NCBI RefSeq assembly: GCF_902652985.1
Contig: NC_047030.1
Location: forward strand, 9,796,001-9,860,000
DNA: 64,000 nucleotides
Reading direction: 5' to 3'
Source: Pecten maximus
Lineage: Eukaryota
Position numbers and translations under genes: made by a program
Notes under the pieces: model-generated
Told to the model about the DNA's origin: nothing
The model's input: the letters and a program-made list of their open reading frames with translations, nothing else
Databases searched by the model: none
Shown: positions 25,969 through 38,800 of the stretch, piece by piece
How positions within the stretch are numbered: position 1 is the first letter of the stretch
How the letters are laid out: each line of letters opens with the position of its first letter

Positions 25969-26097
25969 NNNNNNNNNNNNNNNNNNNNNNNNNNNNNNNN
26001 NNNNNNNNNNNNNNNNNNNNNNNNNNNNNNNNNNNNNNNNNNNNNNNNNNNNNNNNNNNNNNNNNNNNNNNNNNNNNNNNNNNNNNNNNNNNNNNNN
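25969..26097. other. Assembly gap (N run)
   Basis: 129 Ns. Confidence 1.
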
Positions 26098-26499
26098 TTA
26101 CGATTCGAATTTATTCAAATATTCAATTGATAAATTTAGTTTAATTTTTTACTAAGCAAACAAAACAAATCCGATTTCGATAGCAGAAGATTAAACTATT
26201 CGCTGCACAAAAACACACTGCTATTTCTAATGTTCGTTGTATCCTGTTCCATGGTAAGCTTTCTCCGTTCGATCCATTGCCTTCTGGAAAAAAATATTCG
26301 TTTCTCTTGCGCTATCGGAATCGGAAGAGACTTTATAAATACATTTTCTTTTTTTTTTAACTGTCAATATATATATGTATGTATAATATTTCACAATATT
26401 GATTAAGAAAAGAGAAAACGGGGAATTAAAATCTTCTTGAGTCTTGAATGTATTTCTGAGTGATTTGGCTTATCATAAAATTATCTTCAATGGATAAAT

Positions 26500-29035
26500 C
26501 ATTGTTTCCATATAACAACAGTTGCAGGTCTAGTGGCATGAAATTGTTTAGATTTCGGAACAATTCGATTCTCATGGATATAATGAAATAAGTAAGTTAG
26601 TAATAAGTTTACTAATGACCTGCAACTATTTACAACATCAAATAATTTTAAATGATAAATAAACTTTCGTGAAAACAAAAAACAGTGAGTTCTTTGATAG
26701 AAGCAACCGATAGCCGCCCGGTACTGTGCTAAGTCATTACCCATGGTCATCAAATATTACATAGAAAGTTGGGAGGCAGTCGGCAACATCTATCAAAATT
26801 AGCATACATGTATAAAAAGAAAGGCAGCCAAAACACTCAGATACATTTACAAGAGACATATAGAAGTAAGTAAAGGAAAGAAGAGAAGAGAGAAGAAATA
26901 AGGGATATATAAAATACATATTGAAAATAACTCAGAAATTGGTGTGATAATTCAGTTTGACAGCAAAAAGAAAACACTTTTAAAAAATATTCACAAAAAA
27001 AAATATTTACATGCGCTAGTGAGTTTTGCTGCTTTGAGTTGTTGAAAGATTCTTTCGAGATATTTAATGTACAAGTATCCACACAAATAGGTAATTTTTA
27101 TATATTCTTGTGATAAAAAAAAGGTGAGATAATAGTATTCAAAACACCACTTGGTATAAGTAATTTTTGTTAAACTTTGTGAAAAATTTGACACATCATG
27201 TGTGAAACTTAAAACAAAACAAGAAAAACAGAAGCAGAAAAAACCAACAAAATAATGCCACTTAATAAGCAGTAGATAATAATTGCAAGCTTCTTGAAAA
27301 CTTTAGAATGTAATAACATTGATAGTAGTTATCAACTTTGTTATGAGATTAGCTAGTAGGTAAAAGTAAACAAACTTTTGAAGTCTGTATATCTAATTGG
27401 GGTTATTATAAAAAAAGAACACCTTAGTAAGCATGTATATATAATGGTTATCAAAACTTAAGTGGTTTGACATTTTAAAAATAAATCATTGTTTATAATC
27501 ATATTTGTGTGAGAACGTATAAACTGACACAATGGACATGAATACAAATGCAGTTTTAACCAAACTTTGTGAAATTTACCTTTATGAAAAAGAGTAGTTA
27601 TTAGTAACATATATCAAACTTTATGAAATATTACTTTTATCAAACTGATATTTTGTAGACAAATAGTTAATAGTTATTAAACTTCATGAAATTTGATACT
27701 TTGTTTACAAGTAGGTACATTAAAGTAATTGTCAAAACAAAGTGAAATTTAAGTAAATGATGGAAATAAACACAAACTTGTGAAGTGTGTCCTTATGTTA
27801 GATTTTTGGTATAACATAATCTGACGAGTACACAGCTGACTTCACTCAGATGGGCGAGTGGATGGGATGGATTGATGTAAGTCTTTCTTACTTCTTATTA
27901 TAGTTTTGGATGAATCCACGGTACGTTTCAGGAAAATTCTACCATCATTTGTCCAGAAAGAATCTATTTCACCTCTCGTTTTTGCCGCGGACAGATCTTT
28001 TATGATTCCCTGGCGAAAAGTGGTCAGATCCTCAGTAATATAGATTTTTTCTGGGTTCGTTTTTAGGGCCTTTTTGGAGCGGAACACGGAATTTTTTATT
28101 TTCCAATTCCGAAAACGGCAGATAATCTGATATTTTCCGTTGTAAGGCTTACCAATGATATGTGATCTGCATATGTCATCTTCGGAAATGTCGACAGATA
28201 TTTGAGAACATATAGATACTATTTTCTGATCAGTGTTATGAATCTCACTGGAAGCTAACTTGACATTATGGAATCGCAGTGAGTTACGTCTACTGTATTG
28301 CTGTTGTTCTTCGTCACAAATTTCCAGTTGTTCAACTTTTTTCTCGAGAAAGTTACATTTATTTGTGAGTTCACTGTTAGATTGTTTTAGATTTTGGAGC
28401 TGCACACTCTGATCATTTATCCTATCTGTTAATTCATTTATGTTGTGGTGAAGTGGTTTAATCAATTCCCCCATCATTTCCGTAACCACTGCAGTCATCA
28501 TCACTTTAAAATGTGGAACCATAGCTTCCACCCAAACTGGGGCAATTGCTGCCGCAAAAGCAGGATTAGAGACGGTATTTTGTATCAAAGAATTGAAGTC
28601 AACAACCTTGCCTTTTCCTACATCTAATTTCAAAGATGGCGTCATCTCCGAATATTCCATATCACCCATAGAATTTCTTCTTCTGTGGGTCGGTTGGGAC
28701 GGGACACTGGGACTAGGGGTACTAGCACAGGTTTTCCGTTTGTTGTCGACAACGGGAGTACCTGCAGGCTGGTTTTTGTCTTCCTCCATTTTTTTGCTCG
28801 TCACGTACGATATCAGAACAAAGGAATGTCGCTATTCACAATTTTCTAAACAAGGGAAAGTACCTCAAAAATCACTCATTGGCTTTCTAAAAGTTCATCC
28901 GTAATAACTTGCAGCATTAGAAGCAATATATATCAAAGTTCATCGTAATCTAGCGCCGTACAAACATGATTTGCCAAAACTTTTTACCACTGAGGTACTT
29001 ACAGTGTAACTGCCACGGTCGCCATCTTGAATCCA
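26500..29035 (-). mobile_element. 3'-truncated non-LTR retrotransposon (CR1/L2-group-like): 5' UTR, ORF1, spacer, start of ORF2
   Basis: CAAGATGGCG motif at 29029-29020 near the 5' end; intact ORF1; MGNDLAQYRAAIGCF (about 26744-26700) resembles the leader preceding ORF2 in invertebrate CR1/L2-like LINEs; no endonuclease or RT follows. Confidence 0.65.
27842..28804 (-). CDS. LINE ORF1-like protein (coiled coil plus RRM/CTD)
   Basis: 320-aa ORF with a heptad region, EQQQYSRRNSLRFHNV, DICRSHIIG, IICRF, IYITEDLT and WTNDGRIFLK motifs typical of ORF1p; first ATG is 5 codons in. Confidence 0.8.
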   Translation of the reverse strand: MTSKKMEEDKNQPAGTPVVDNKRKTCASTPSPSVPSQPTHRRRNSMGDMEYSEMTPSLKLDVGKGKVVDFNSLIQNTVSNPAFAAAIAPVWVEAMVPHFKVMMTAVVTEMMGELIKPLHHNINELTDRINDQSVQLQNLKQSNSELTNKCNFLEKKVEQLEICDEEQQQYSRRNSLRFHNVKLASSEIHNTDQKIVSICSQISVDISEDDICRSHIIGKPYNGKYQIICRFRNWKIKNSVFRSKKALKTNPEKIYITEDLTTFRQGIIKDLSAAKTRGEIDSFWTNDGRIFLKRTVDSSKTIIRSKKDLHQSIPSTRPSE

Positions 29036-29551
29036 AGAGAGAGAAATCAAAATAATAAACGAAGTTGAAAAAGAATCGAGGACTCTTTGTTTATATCTGA
29101 TCGTGTTGTGGGAATAGAAAAGAACATGCAATCGCATAGATATATAGCTACTATTATCTTCATAATAATGTCCTTTAGTGAATTACAACAAAAGTAAAAG
29201 ATTCTTCACAGATTCCTGACTTCTGCGTAAATTTTATTTTGAGATTTCGTTATATGTGGAGTTAACTGTAGTTTAGTTTGTAACCCACTAATTGTTTGAC
29301 GTCTGAAGCAACAGAAGTTGACGCAACCATATTTTATCTTTAACTTTAATGACGCAATTCGTAATTAAATCTGTATTATCTACATTTACGCGAATCACGA
29401 AGACGCACATTAGCTCTGTTCCGGGTTGCGTCCGGATCTAATCGGTTCCGACTTTAAGCACGCCGGAAGTCACGTGATTTCATTAAAAATCTAGGCATGC
29501 CTACTTCCGGCGTCTGTAGCAACGTACAGAATATCGTCTGCTACATATAGT

Positions 29552-32440
29552 ATGCCGTCGAACAAGCATTGGTGCGCTGTACCCGAATGTAATTCAGACG
29601 GAAGGAAAATAGGTAGATATAGTTTTATGCAAAATGTTCAGTTTTTCCCCTTTCCGAGCGGTGAAAAGAAGCCCAAACTGCGAAAACGATGGCTTGACCA
29701 AATCATGAGAAAGGACTATGAAGCAAAACAACACCACCGTGTTTGCTCGCTCCATTTCATTGACGGTAAACCAACTGATGACCATCCAGTCCCTACACTC
29801 TTTGGTAGAAACAATTATGGAAGACCCAAATCAGAGAGGAATACTTCTTCCATTACAAAACGACAGGCTGCAGAGGTTAGTATTTACAATTTTGTAACTC
29901 CCATTGCTTTACATTGTAGATACAAATAAATTAATATATAGTTTACATCTGCCATACATGTACACTGCATACATGTTTATCAGAATCAGAATGTACATCA
30001 CTATCTTGTGCAAGAAGAAGTAATAATGATACTCTTACAGCATATACACGTAATTCACTGCAAAACTTTTTTCTGAAGTACCATTTACTTGTTGTTACTT
30101 TATATGGCTTGTTGACTTCAATTCAAAGCATTCAGTGAATGGAAATATGATACAACTATTGATCTATCTAGTTACTATCAGTTAAAAGTAATAAAAAACT
30201 ACTTGCCATATTAACAAAAATAATAATTAAAAATCCATTTGTTTATTTTCAAAGGAACTAGAATCTGATCCATCCTATGAAGAAATTGACTGTCCAAGTG
30301 AAATTGATACAGTGTTTTCTCCTCCATTTGTCTGTACTGTTGAGGTAGAAACAGATACAGTGGATTTATCTGATGATCATTCATGCTTCATATCTAAAGG
30401 TTAGTTATTATAGTGGGTTCTGTTATAATTTCAGTATGGTTAAAACCAGCAACATGGCCATGTAAACCTCATACATATTTTTACTGGCAAGGCCATTGCA
30501 CCCAAGATTCAAGATATCCCCACCTAGTTCTTAATATTTTTTTCAAAAATGTTCAGATGTGTCATGTTTATATAAACAATTTATGTACTCAGTGTTAATG
30601 ACTTCATTTATATCATATTTCATCATTATTTGTGTTAATGACTTCATTTATATCATATTTCATCATTATTTATTAAAGTGTTATTATATGTCATTATAAA
30701 GGGCATTTATTTTGTATTATTGTAGATATATCAGATGACCACCGCTACTCGGTGAGACAAACACTTATATCAGACAGTCACACATCCAGAGATGCTGCTG
30801 TCCAAACAGACTTGTCAATGTTCGACATACAAGACACTTCACAGAAACTTGAAGACCTGGAACAGAAATTGGCAAATAAGGATACCCTTTTGAGGGATTT
30901 ATTTGTTGATAAGGTGACCAGAACAGATGAAAGTGTAATGCAATATACAGGCATACCATCAAAGGATTTGCTTTTTGGACTGTTTGGTTAGTAAATTAAT
31001 TTGTATTTATTCAGTCAATCTTGTAAATATTGAAATTGTAACTTAAATTACACTGATCCCCATAATGCACATGGATATTTTGATAATTAATATATGGGTA
31101 AATAGCATTGTATGCTAGTCATTGGATCCTTATTTTAAGTATATTTATGAAATAGTTGCATGTATATTAAAAAAAATAGTGAACTTAATACATTCTTACA
31201 AACTACTTTGTATACTCATCAATGCATTAGTTTTACTAAGCATGAGTTTCTGCTGACCAAGACATCATAATATATTCAAGCATTAATATTCTTATGTCTA
31301 ATCTAGGCCTTAACAAGACATGTATCCATCAAAGCATCTAAGTCTGGTGTCAAGGTTAAAAGAAATTCAGTTTCACACCATTTAAAGGAGCAAATACTAG
31401 TGATACTATGCGTAGCATTCAAAGGAATGATTGAATCTCACAGAAACTTCCAACAATGTATGAGTTATTAAACAACTTAGTATTATATTGTTGGTCTGGA
31501 GGGTTTGATTATCATTTGATTTTATTTTTTATATCTTCTAAGTTGTGATTTTGTATGTGATATAGGAATACTAAATAGATCTTCTCCAACTCTGAAGTAC
31601 TGGTGTGGTCAAGGAGCTACTAAAGAGATGCCCAGCTACCAAGAGAATCCCCAGAAGCAAAAGAGTGGCCCAAAAAGGAAGCTTTCTCGGTTTGAGGAGT
31701 TCATTTTGACTTTAGTAAAGCTCCGTCTGGCATTGCTGACCTTTTTTTTAGCTGATATTTTTGGAATCTCGAAAAGCAGAGTCTCCCAAACATACATCAC
31801 TTGGATTAACTTTATGTTTGTCATTTTCACTCCATTATTGAAGTGGCCTTCATATAAACAAGTGAAAAAGTTTATGCCAAGATGTTTCAAATTACTTTTT
31901 CCAAAGACAACATGTATCATTGATTGTACAGAATTTTTTATTGAAAAACCAAGATCACCATCAGCACAAAGCTTAACATATAGTTCTTACAAACAAAGGA
32001 ACACTTTCAAAGCTCTGATCAGCATTACTCCATCTGGCTGTATTAATTTTGTGTCAAATCTATGGAGTGGTAACACATCTGACAAATACATAACAAGAGA
32101 AAGTGGATTTTTAGATAACATCAAACCTGGAGATGAAGTTATGGCAGACAGGGGTTTTTTGATAAGGGATTTATTATTGGAACATCATGCTACTTTGAAT
32201 ATCCCACCTTTTACTCGAAAATGTTCTTGGGGTAAAGGCAAACGTCTCAATGCTAGTGAAATTAAGAAAACACGAAATATAGCCAAACTTCGAATTCATG
32301 TGGAGAGAGCGATTGAACGACTGAAAAATTTTCACAGTTTGTCAAACACTATGCCCTTAAGTTGTAAGCCAGTTGCCAACCAGATGTTGAAAGTGTGTTC
32401 TTTCCTTTGTAATCTGCAGCGACCTTTAGTGAAAAAATGA
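29552..32440 (+). CDS. THAP-domain DDE (DDE_Tnp_4/Harbinger-type) transposase, 4 exons: 29552-29875, 30255-30399, 30726-30986, 31566-32440; 534 aa
   Basis: THAP C2CH (CAVPEC...FFPFP...W...VCSLHF...VPTLF), coiled coil, HTH (LADIFGISKSRVSQ), catalytic motifs IIDCTE, MADRGF and RIHVERAI; all introns GT-AG and phase-compatible, with no stops. Confidence 0.92.
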
Positions 32441-33087
32441 GTATAACAAGTTTACCATCAGTCAGTCTGTACCAGAACTACTACTGCATCAATTTCATAT
32501 TACACCATTTAATTTAGCAACTACATATAATTCATTGTATTATACAGGTGTCATCATTTATAATACAAATTGACATTTTTGTTACTTGAATTTTATGATT
32601 TATATATCTGGACATTTAATCTTAGACAAGAAAACATTCTGCTGAAACCAATATTATGAGCAGATTAAGCCAGTATTAAAACTTTTAGATGTTTTATGGA
32701 TATCAAGCTATAAAAATACTTCAAAATTGACATGGCAAGAAGCAATTTATTGATTGGATGGTTTTGAATCAACAACTTATAATTGCAATTTATGATTTGA
32801 AGATGAACAGTAAAATATGATGTGAATATTTAAAATGAATTTTTCTAGTCATTTTGTTTGCTTCATTCTGCTGCACAGCATTATACAAGTACATGCTTTA
32901 ATAAGCTTTTGATCCATTTAGATAAATTTCATTAAACACAATGTGAATACCATGACCAGATAATTTTGATGTAGGTTACTGCAAGTAACATTAAGATATC
33001 AATATAAATTTTCTAAGACATTGATCAGTAGCAAATAATAACCCTCTCATTATGGATCTTAGTCACTTTCTTACTAGTTTTTAATCA

Positions 33088-35103
33088 CTATTGCAACAAT
33101 GCCCTTGCAACATACTTGTTCCAAAATCTTTCAGATTTTTCAATGATTTGTTCATAAACAGCTGGGTCAAAATAGATCCTTTCCACAGAAAACCCTTTCT
33201 TTGTGTAAAATACAAAGTCACACCAGTTGATCTTACACACTCCCATCTGTCCCTGAATCTGAATGTACCAAGGGGAATCAGTTTTCAAATGGATGATATT
33301 TGCATCATCACTGTACAAGTGGTAGTGGGGATCATCACATACAGTTTGAGGCGTTGAATCTCTAAATGAATATGAACATTTCACCTCTAATAATCCTTTC
33401 CCACAACACTTACAGCACACAACACCATCGGGTGAGGCACCCATGAATGGATGTTCAGCATCAATAAACAAACCACACTCTCTGACTGATGACGTCTTGT
33501 GGCTAGTGGCATACTGTGTTGTGTACAACGACCGTGCAATAGGTTCATGATCCTTGCCAAACTTGAGAACATCTGGACCACTTGACCTCGAGAACATAGC
33601 TGGTGGTTGGGGACACATGATTTTCTTCACAATATAGTTATCATAGTTTTCATTAAATCTAAAGTGCATCACTGAGGAAAATATGGAGGCTGTCACACGT
33701 CCTGTCCTATAAGCGAACCAATCAGGATTATCAGCTTGACCCCTGGTCATTTCTTCAATCCTGTTCACAGTTTCTGCACCAGAGTGTGCTGAATTAACTT
33801 TTGAGGCTAAGGCATTTACATCATCACCATTACCTTTCAGAGTTTCTGCAATTTCCAGCAATGTAGGTGGGAAAGTTTCATCATCTAAACTGTCATCATC
33901 ATCACTTGGTGGATCCAAAGCTTGTAAAAGTACACTGTTACTCCCCTTACACAAAGTGAAGATCTCTTTCTCCACCTGTCTTTTTGACAAACACTCTGAC
34001 CTTACTGTGGGATTGTAGTTTTCAGCACTAGCAGACTTGGGCTTGGGTGTTACCTTGTTTACACGGATATCCATGTCCTCAATCTCCAACGGTGTAGTTG
34101 TTTTCTTGGGTTTGTCCCACACACAAGCAACATCTGTACCAACCTCAGTGCTCCTGTCTTGATGTCGTTCGCAGAATGCTGACATGGCAAACAGCAAAGC
34201 CACACAATGCTTACATGTACCATCATCACTGAAAAAACAAATATATAAAAACATTTAATTTCAATTAACTGGAAATAAAACTATCAACGTAGAATGGTAC
34301 ATAAATACATTGTTCATACTGATGTATGTTGATCAATTTCCTCTTGTATTTAAGTTCTTGCATATATTAATCAATTATTTGTATATCATACACAAATCCT
34401 TGTTTTAATTGAACAACTATACTATTTTGCCATTACAATGCTGCGGTAATGGCTGTGAGCTACAATATAAATGTAACTACCGGGTTAGTACCCAACATAT
34501 TCTGCTCATAGAAGAACTACACTTGTGTTGACGTTGAATTTTGGTTACATGCTCACTTATTTGACTCTATTTAAAATGTACTTACGCAACACATGTACAA
34601 CCACCAGATTTCACATGTCCGTCCTGCTTTATAAGGAGCCATGTAGAATATGGTGTAGCACTTTGTCTAGTCTCTGGAATACAGGAGGCCTTCACATACA
34701 TGTACGACCCACTGTTTGGAATGGCACCGAGACACACTTCACTGATGTGATGATCAAGATACAACTTGTAGCCACTGTCACTTTTATAATTCTTCAACCT
34801 TGTTTCAGACCAACCACAAACTTTCATGAAATAAATCAGAATGTCACAATACTCCACGGTAGGGATAGATGTAAGATCTGATATCCACTGTACCTGACCG
34901 ACGTCATCTAACACAATCCCGTCGACGGTTCGTCTCAAGACGTCCATATCATGATAATCATCACAGGCAACAACCTCTAAGTCTAACTCCTTCGCTAGCG
35001 AACACAATCTAACCAAATCGTTCTTGCGATATAAACTGCATGAAATACCTCTCTCTTGTAAATATCCCTTCAAATCCGGCACGTGGAATCCGTCGAAATC
35101 CAT
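33088..35103 (-). CDS. SWIM zinc finger plus YqaJ/lambda-exonuclease-family protein, 2 exons: 35103-34586, 34228-33088; 552 aa
   Basis: SAP-like N-terminus (VPDLKGYLQERGI); SWIM CTCVA-DDGTCKH across a phase-2 intron; YqaJ motifs TRGQ..W...R.GRVTAS, FGKDHE, GASPDG, LEVKC, YIQIQGQM. Confidence 0.92.
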
Positions 35104-35731
35104 TAGAGACGATATTTTGTAACGCGAAAGTTGAAAGCGGTGTAAACGGTAAGGAAGTCGGCTCAAACCGGAAGTTTACATGCCTAGATTTTTGTTTCTA
35201 TGGGGACCGTTTTCTTCCTCCACACAAGAGTTTCCACTAACCCGGAACAGAGCTATTAGTAAATGTTGTTTAAATAGCCGAGCAATTTAACATCAAAACA
35301 TTTCAGATTTCTATTGAGGTTTCCCAGCTTCTATATGGTAAGTTCTCTTGCTTTTTAATTATATAACATCTTATACCTTAAAATGTAACTATAAAATTTA
35401 TTTATATCAAACCAATAGGGAAACATGTCATTACAACTTATATCAATCATGCTTGTTAGCTCTGATGGAATCGCACGAGGGATCTTGGAGAAAACCCACG
35501 TGGTCTGGCAGGTGTCCTCCATACCTTTCGCGTCCGGACGAATTCCTGCCGCCTTTGTACACACAAATATTAAACTTAAATATATTTTCCGTTTTACTGA
35601 ATAAGTCTATCGACCATACAGGATGTTTTCGTTTTTAAAATCCTCTCTGCATTTCAGTACTTGATCTATGTAATTCTCCTCTCTGTATTACCCCTGTATT
35701 GCCCTTTAGAGTATGGATGTAGACTATGTAC

Positions 35732-35839
35732 TAGCCCTGGCCCTGACACCATGCCTGATGTAGGTAGCCTGAGATTTCTCTGGCCCTGACACCATGTCTG
35801 GTGTAGGCATGGTGACAGGGCCAAAGAAAACTCGGGCTA
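35732..35839. mobile_element. Hairpin MITE (same family as 17782-17871) with a partial tandem copy
   Basis: tagcctgagatttctctggccctgacaccatg...catggtgacagggccaaagaaaactcgggcta. Confidence 0.7.
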
Positions 35840-38800
35840 ACTATATACCAACCAATAAAATGGTGTCTACAGGGATGTAAATCTAGTAAAAGGATATATA
35901 TTATAATGAGACAGGCGTACATTAATTAAGCTTAGCTCCAGATCTGCATGTTGTCTACAATACGACCAGGGAGACTCGTATTATGATTTTGAGTAATTGA
36001 TAAGATCATTCTTTCATAATTCAGAAATGATTTTGAGTCATAGGATAACATCTGCAACACCTTCAACAAAATCTGATGCCAAAAACATCCGCTCCTATGC
36101 GTTAAAATATACGAATGTCAGTGGTTGTCCGACTAAATCGAGTGGTCATGTCGACTGTAAATATCGGACTGGCATAGAAACTTCATTGAAAGTGTTTTAA
36201 ATACATACAATCAATTAAAAAATGTTCAACATGATATGCCTTTTGGGTCATATTCATCAAAAGAGAGACAGGTTGTTCATAACAGGTGATCTCCTAATAA
36301 ACCTGAAACAACTACAGAATGAGTTGATTGAATATAAAGCCTCCCTTTTCACCAAGGATAATTATATTTTTAAAATAATTATAATATGGGATCCACAATT
36401 CATTATATATTTTTTTTCATTTTTTTTTTTTGCATCATACACAAATTATGTTTTTTGAACATTTGGGTACTTTCTTGTAAGAATTGGAAGAATTTGTATT
36501 ATTTAACACTGGAAGTGCTACTTGATTAAATATTGCAAATCATCATCCGGTAAACGAAACTATACTTTCAAGAAAAATATAGGTAATCCTTTTTTGTCTT
36601 CTGCAAGACATGACTTCTAAAGCACTTCGTCTCTTTAAAAATTACGTGTACCGTTTCTATGGAGGCAATCACAAAATGACGTATTCTGTCTTGATGTAGG
36701 CATGTGAATATGCGATTAAGCGAGGAACTGACAAATTTGACAAATATACGATACACTTAATCGAACTTCGAATTTACCTAAACAGCTTCCATGTCAGATC
36801 AAGACTGATACCTAGCGACTATGAGTATAACATCGATATTTCTCGCCCAGTAATACCAACCTAAGCGGCTATTGGCGGATCTCCTCGGACAGTACTCATT
36901 TTCGGTAGTTATTGATATTTCACTTCTCTAAAATATCATTACAACATATATCACACGCTTTTATTATACGGCTTTCATTTTTGCTACACGCTTGTTTGTC
37001 TCAATACATCTCACAGGTCTAAATATATTACGATGCTTCACCGAAACCTATATAGTCCTAGTATCTGAATATTCAATGTATCAGGAAAAATCCAAGATGA
37101 ATAATACAATCCATTATCCTGTGCTGCATTTTGTTCAACACTTCACACGGCAAAGCTTATCAAATGTCATATAGCAAACCTGATTTAGGTGAATACTCCG
37201 ACTTCAGGAGACTTCTCGGATGAATAAATACTCGTATTCACTAGAAAACAGATTATATCCAAAGGCTTTGCAGTGTGTACGTGTATGAATGATAGGATAT
37301 ATTCCCTCATGTAATATTGCAACATTATGTCTATCTACGAACATATCCTGATTTACATGCTCTAAGAGTGTTAACCAAATGCATGTAGGGTTACATTTAT
37401 TAAAACCATTCTATGTTTTTGTACACAAGATTTAAAACTTTATCAAGCTAAACTTTATTATCCCTTTTGGAATTTCCTTCATATAATTACATTTAAATCT
37501 GCTGTATTACGTCAATAATGCATAAATGAAATATGTAATAAACCTTTAACAATAGAACGTGAATCGACATTATATTCCGGATGATAAACGCAAAAGCATG
37601 TTTTTTTGTTCATCAAATGCCGAGAAATTTTATTATATACTGCATTGTATATGCAAGACACGACTCAAAGATGCTTCCTAGCCCCCTGTATGTTTATCAT
37701 CGTTCTATTACGCCCGTACCTAAAAGAATGAATGCGTATGTTATGATGTTAGATGCCATATAATATAGCATCCGCATATGTCAAATGTGCTAACATTTCT
37801 TCGATATCCTTGTTTAGAATCAGCGCTGCTAGTGTGGAAGTTGGCTTTTATGAGAGAGATTGACCCGATTGTGAAGGAGTGTGTGAATGTGTTTAGGAGT
37901 GATTGAATTGTTATTACCGGGAGGGACTTCTCACTCTCTACTTTTCCTTTTTGTCCTATCTCTTGTAAGCTGCGTTTCTATTGGCTGTCACTCTCCTGCT
38001 CTGTCGAGTCTAACTAGTTGGTACGTAGCCTTCGAGAGCTAGTTCTGCTCTCTTTCCCTGTGTCTTTCTTCCCTAGTCTTCGAGCGAAGTGGGTGTTTTT
38101 AGTTGTTGGCCAATATATATGTGTGGCAGTGCGCAGGCCAAGCCCACCGGGCTGCCCTGACAATGAGTGTATGAGCGTACTCGTCCCTCGTCCCTCCATT
38201 AGCCTATGCTAGGAGCTTCGTCAATATGTCTACATGCTGTTCTTGGTGCATGTAGGTAGTAACTGATACCAAAATGTCAATAGTGTTGATGAGTTTCTGG
38301 TTGTTATTCACTTCACGGAACCCCCAAAAGAACCTGGGTATTGGTGTGTGACACGTGGATACAGTGCTTTCTGTTGTTCGTACACATGTCCTTTGGCAGA
38401 ACTGGCAGAAACACAAACAAATAACGAAACACATTTAACGTATAAAGGTACTACTTTAGGCGATATGTAATTACCTCTGTGTGGAAGTGATCAAGTGAGT
38501 TTGATATGCCATATGACTATGGACAGGCTATTAGCTTGGTCATAACAAATGCCTCAGTTTACCTCAGCTTTGGCCAACTTGGGCTGACTGGTTACATGTA
38601 AATTTGGTCAAGCCTAAAGTCAAATAATAATATTTTACTCTGTTTAATTATGAAGTTTGTGTAGGTATAATATAGCAAAAATGTATCTTTATATACTATT
38701 TTTGTAATTACATTGTGGTTATCGATCAATTATCTTTTTTATAAGGTAATTGACATTTTGTCATTGAGCAATTTCATGGTCAAAGTGGAATTTGTTGTGA

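Larger units (their letters stand above)
29413..35253. mobile_element. Full-length ISL2EU/IS4EU-type DNA transposon (PIF/Harbinger-related), 5.84 kb
   Basis: Perfect inverted ends TAGCTCTGTTCCGGGTT (29411-29427) / AACCCGGAACAGAGCTA (35239-35255). The TSD reads as TA, or as ATT if the termini are AGCT. Encloses convergent transposase and YqaJ genes. Confidence 0.92.

Noticed and set aside
37860-38440. Possible solo LTR or promoter-like segment
   Set aside because: Could not find matching TG...CA ends with a target-site duplication or a second copy.
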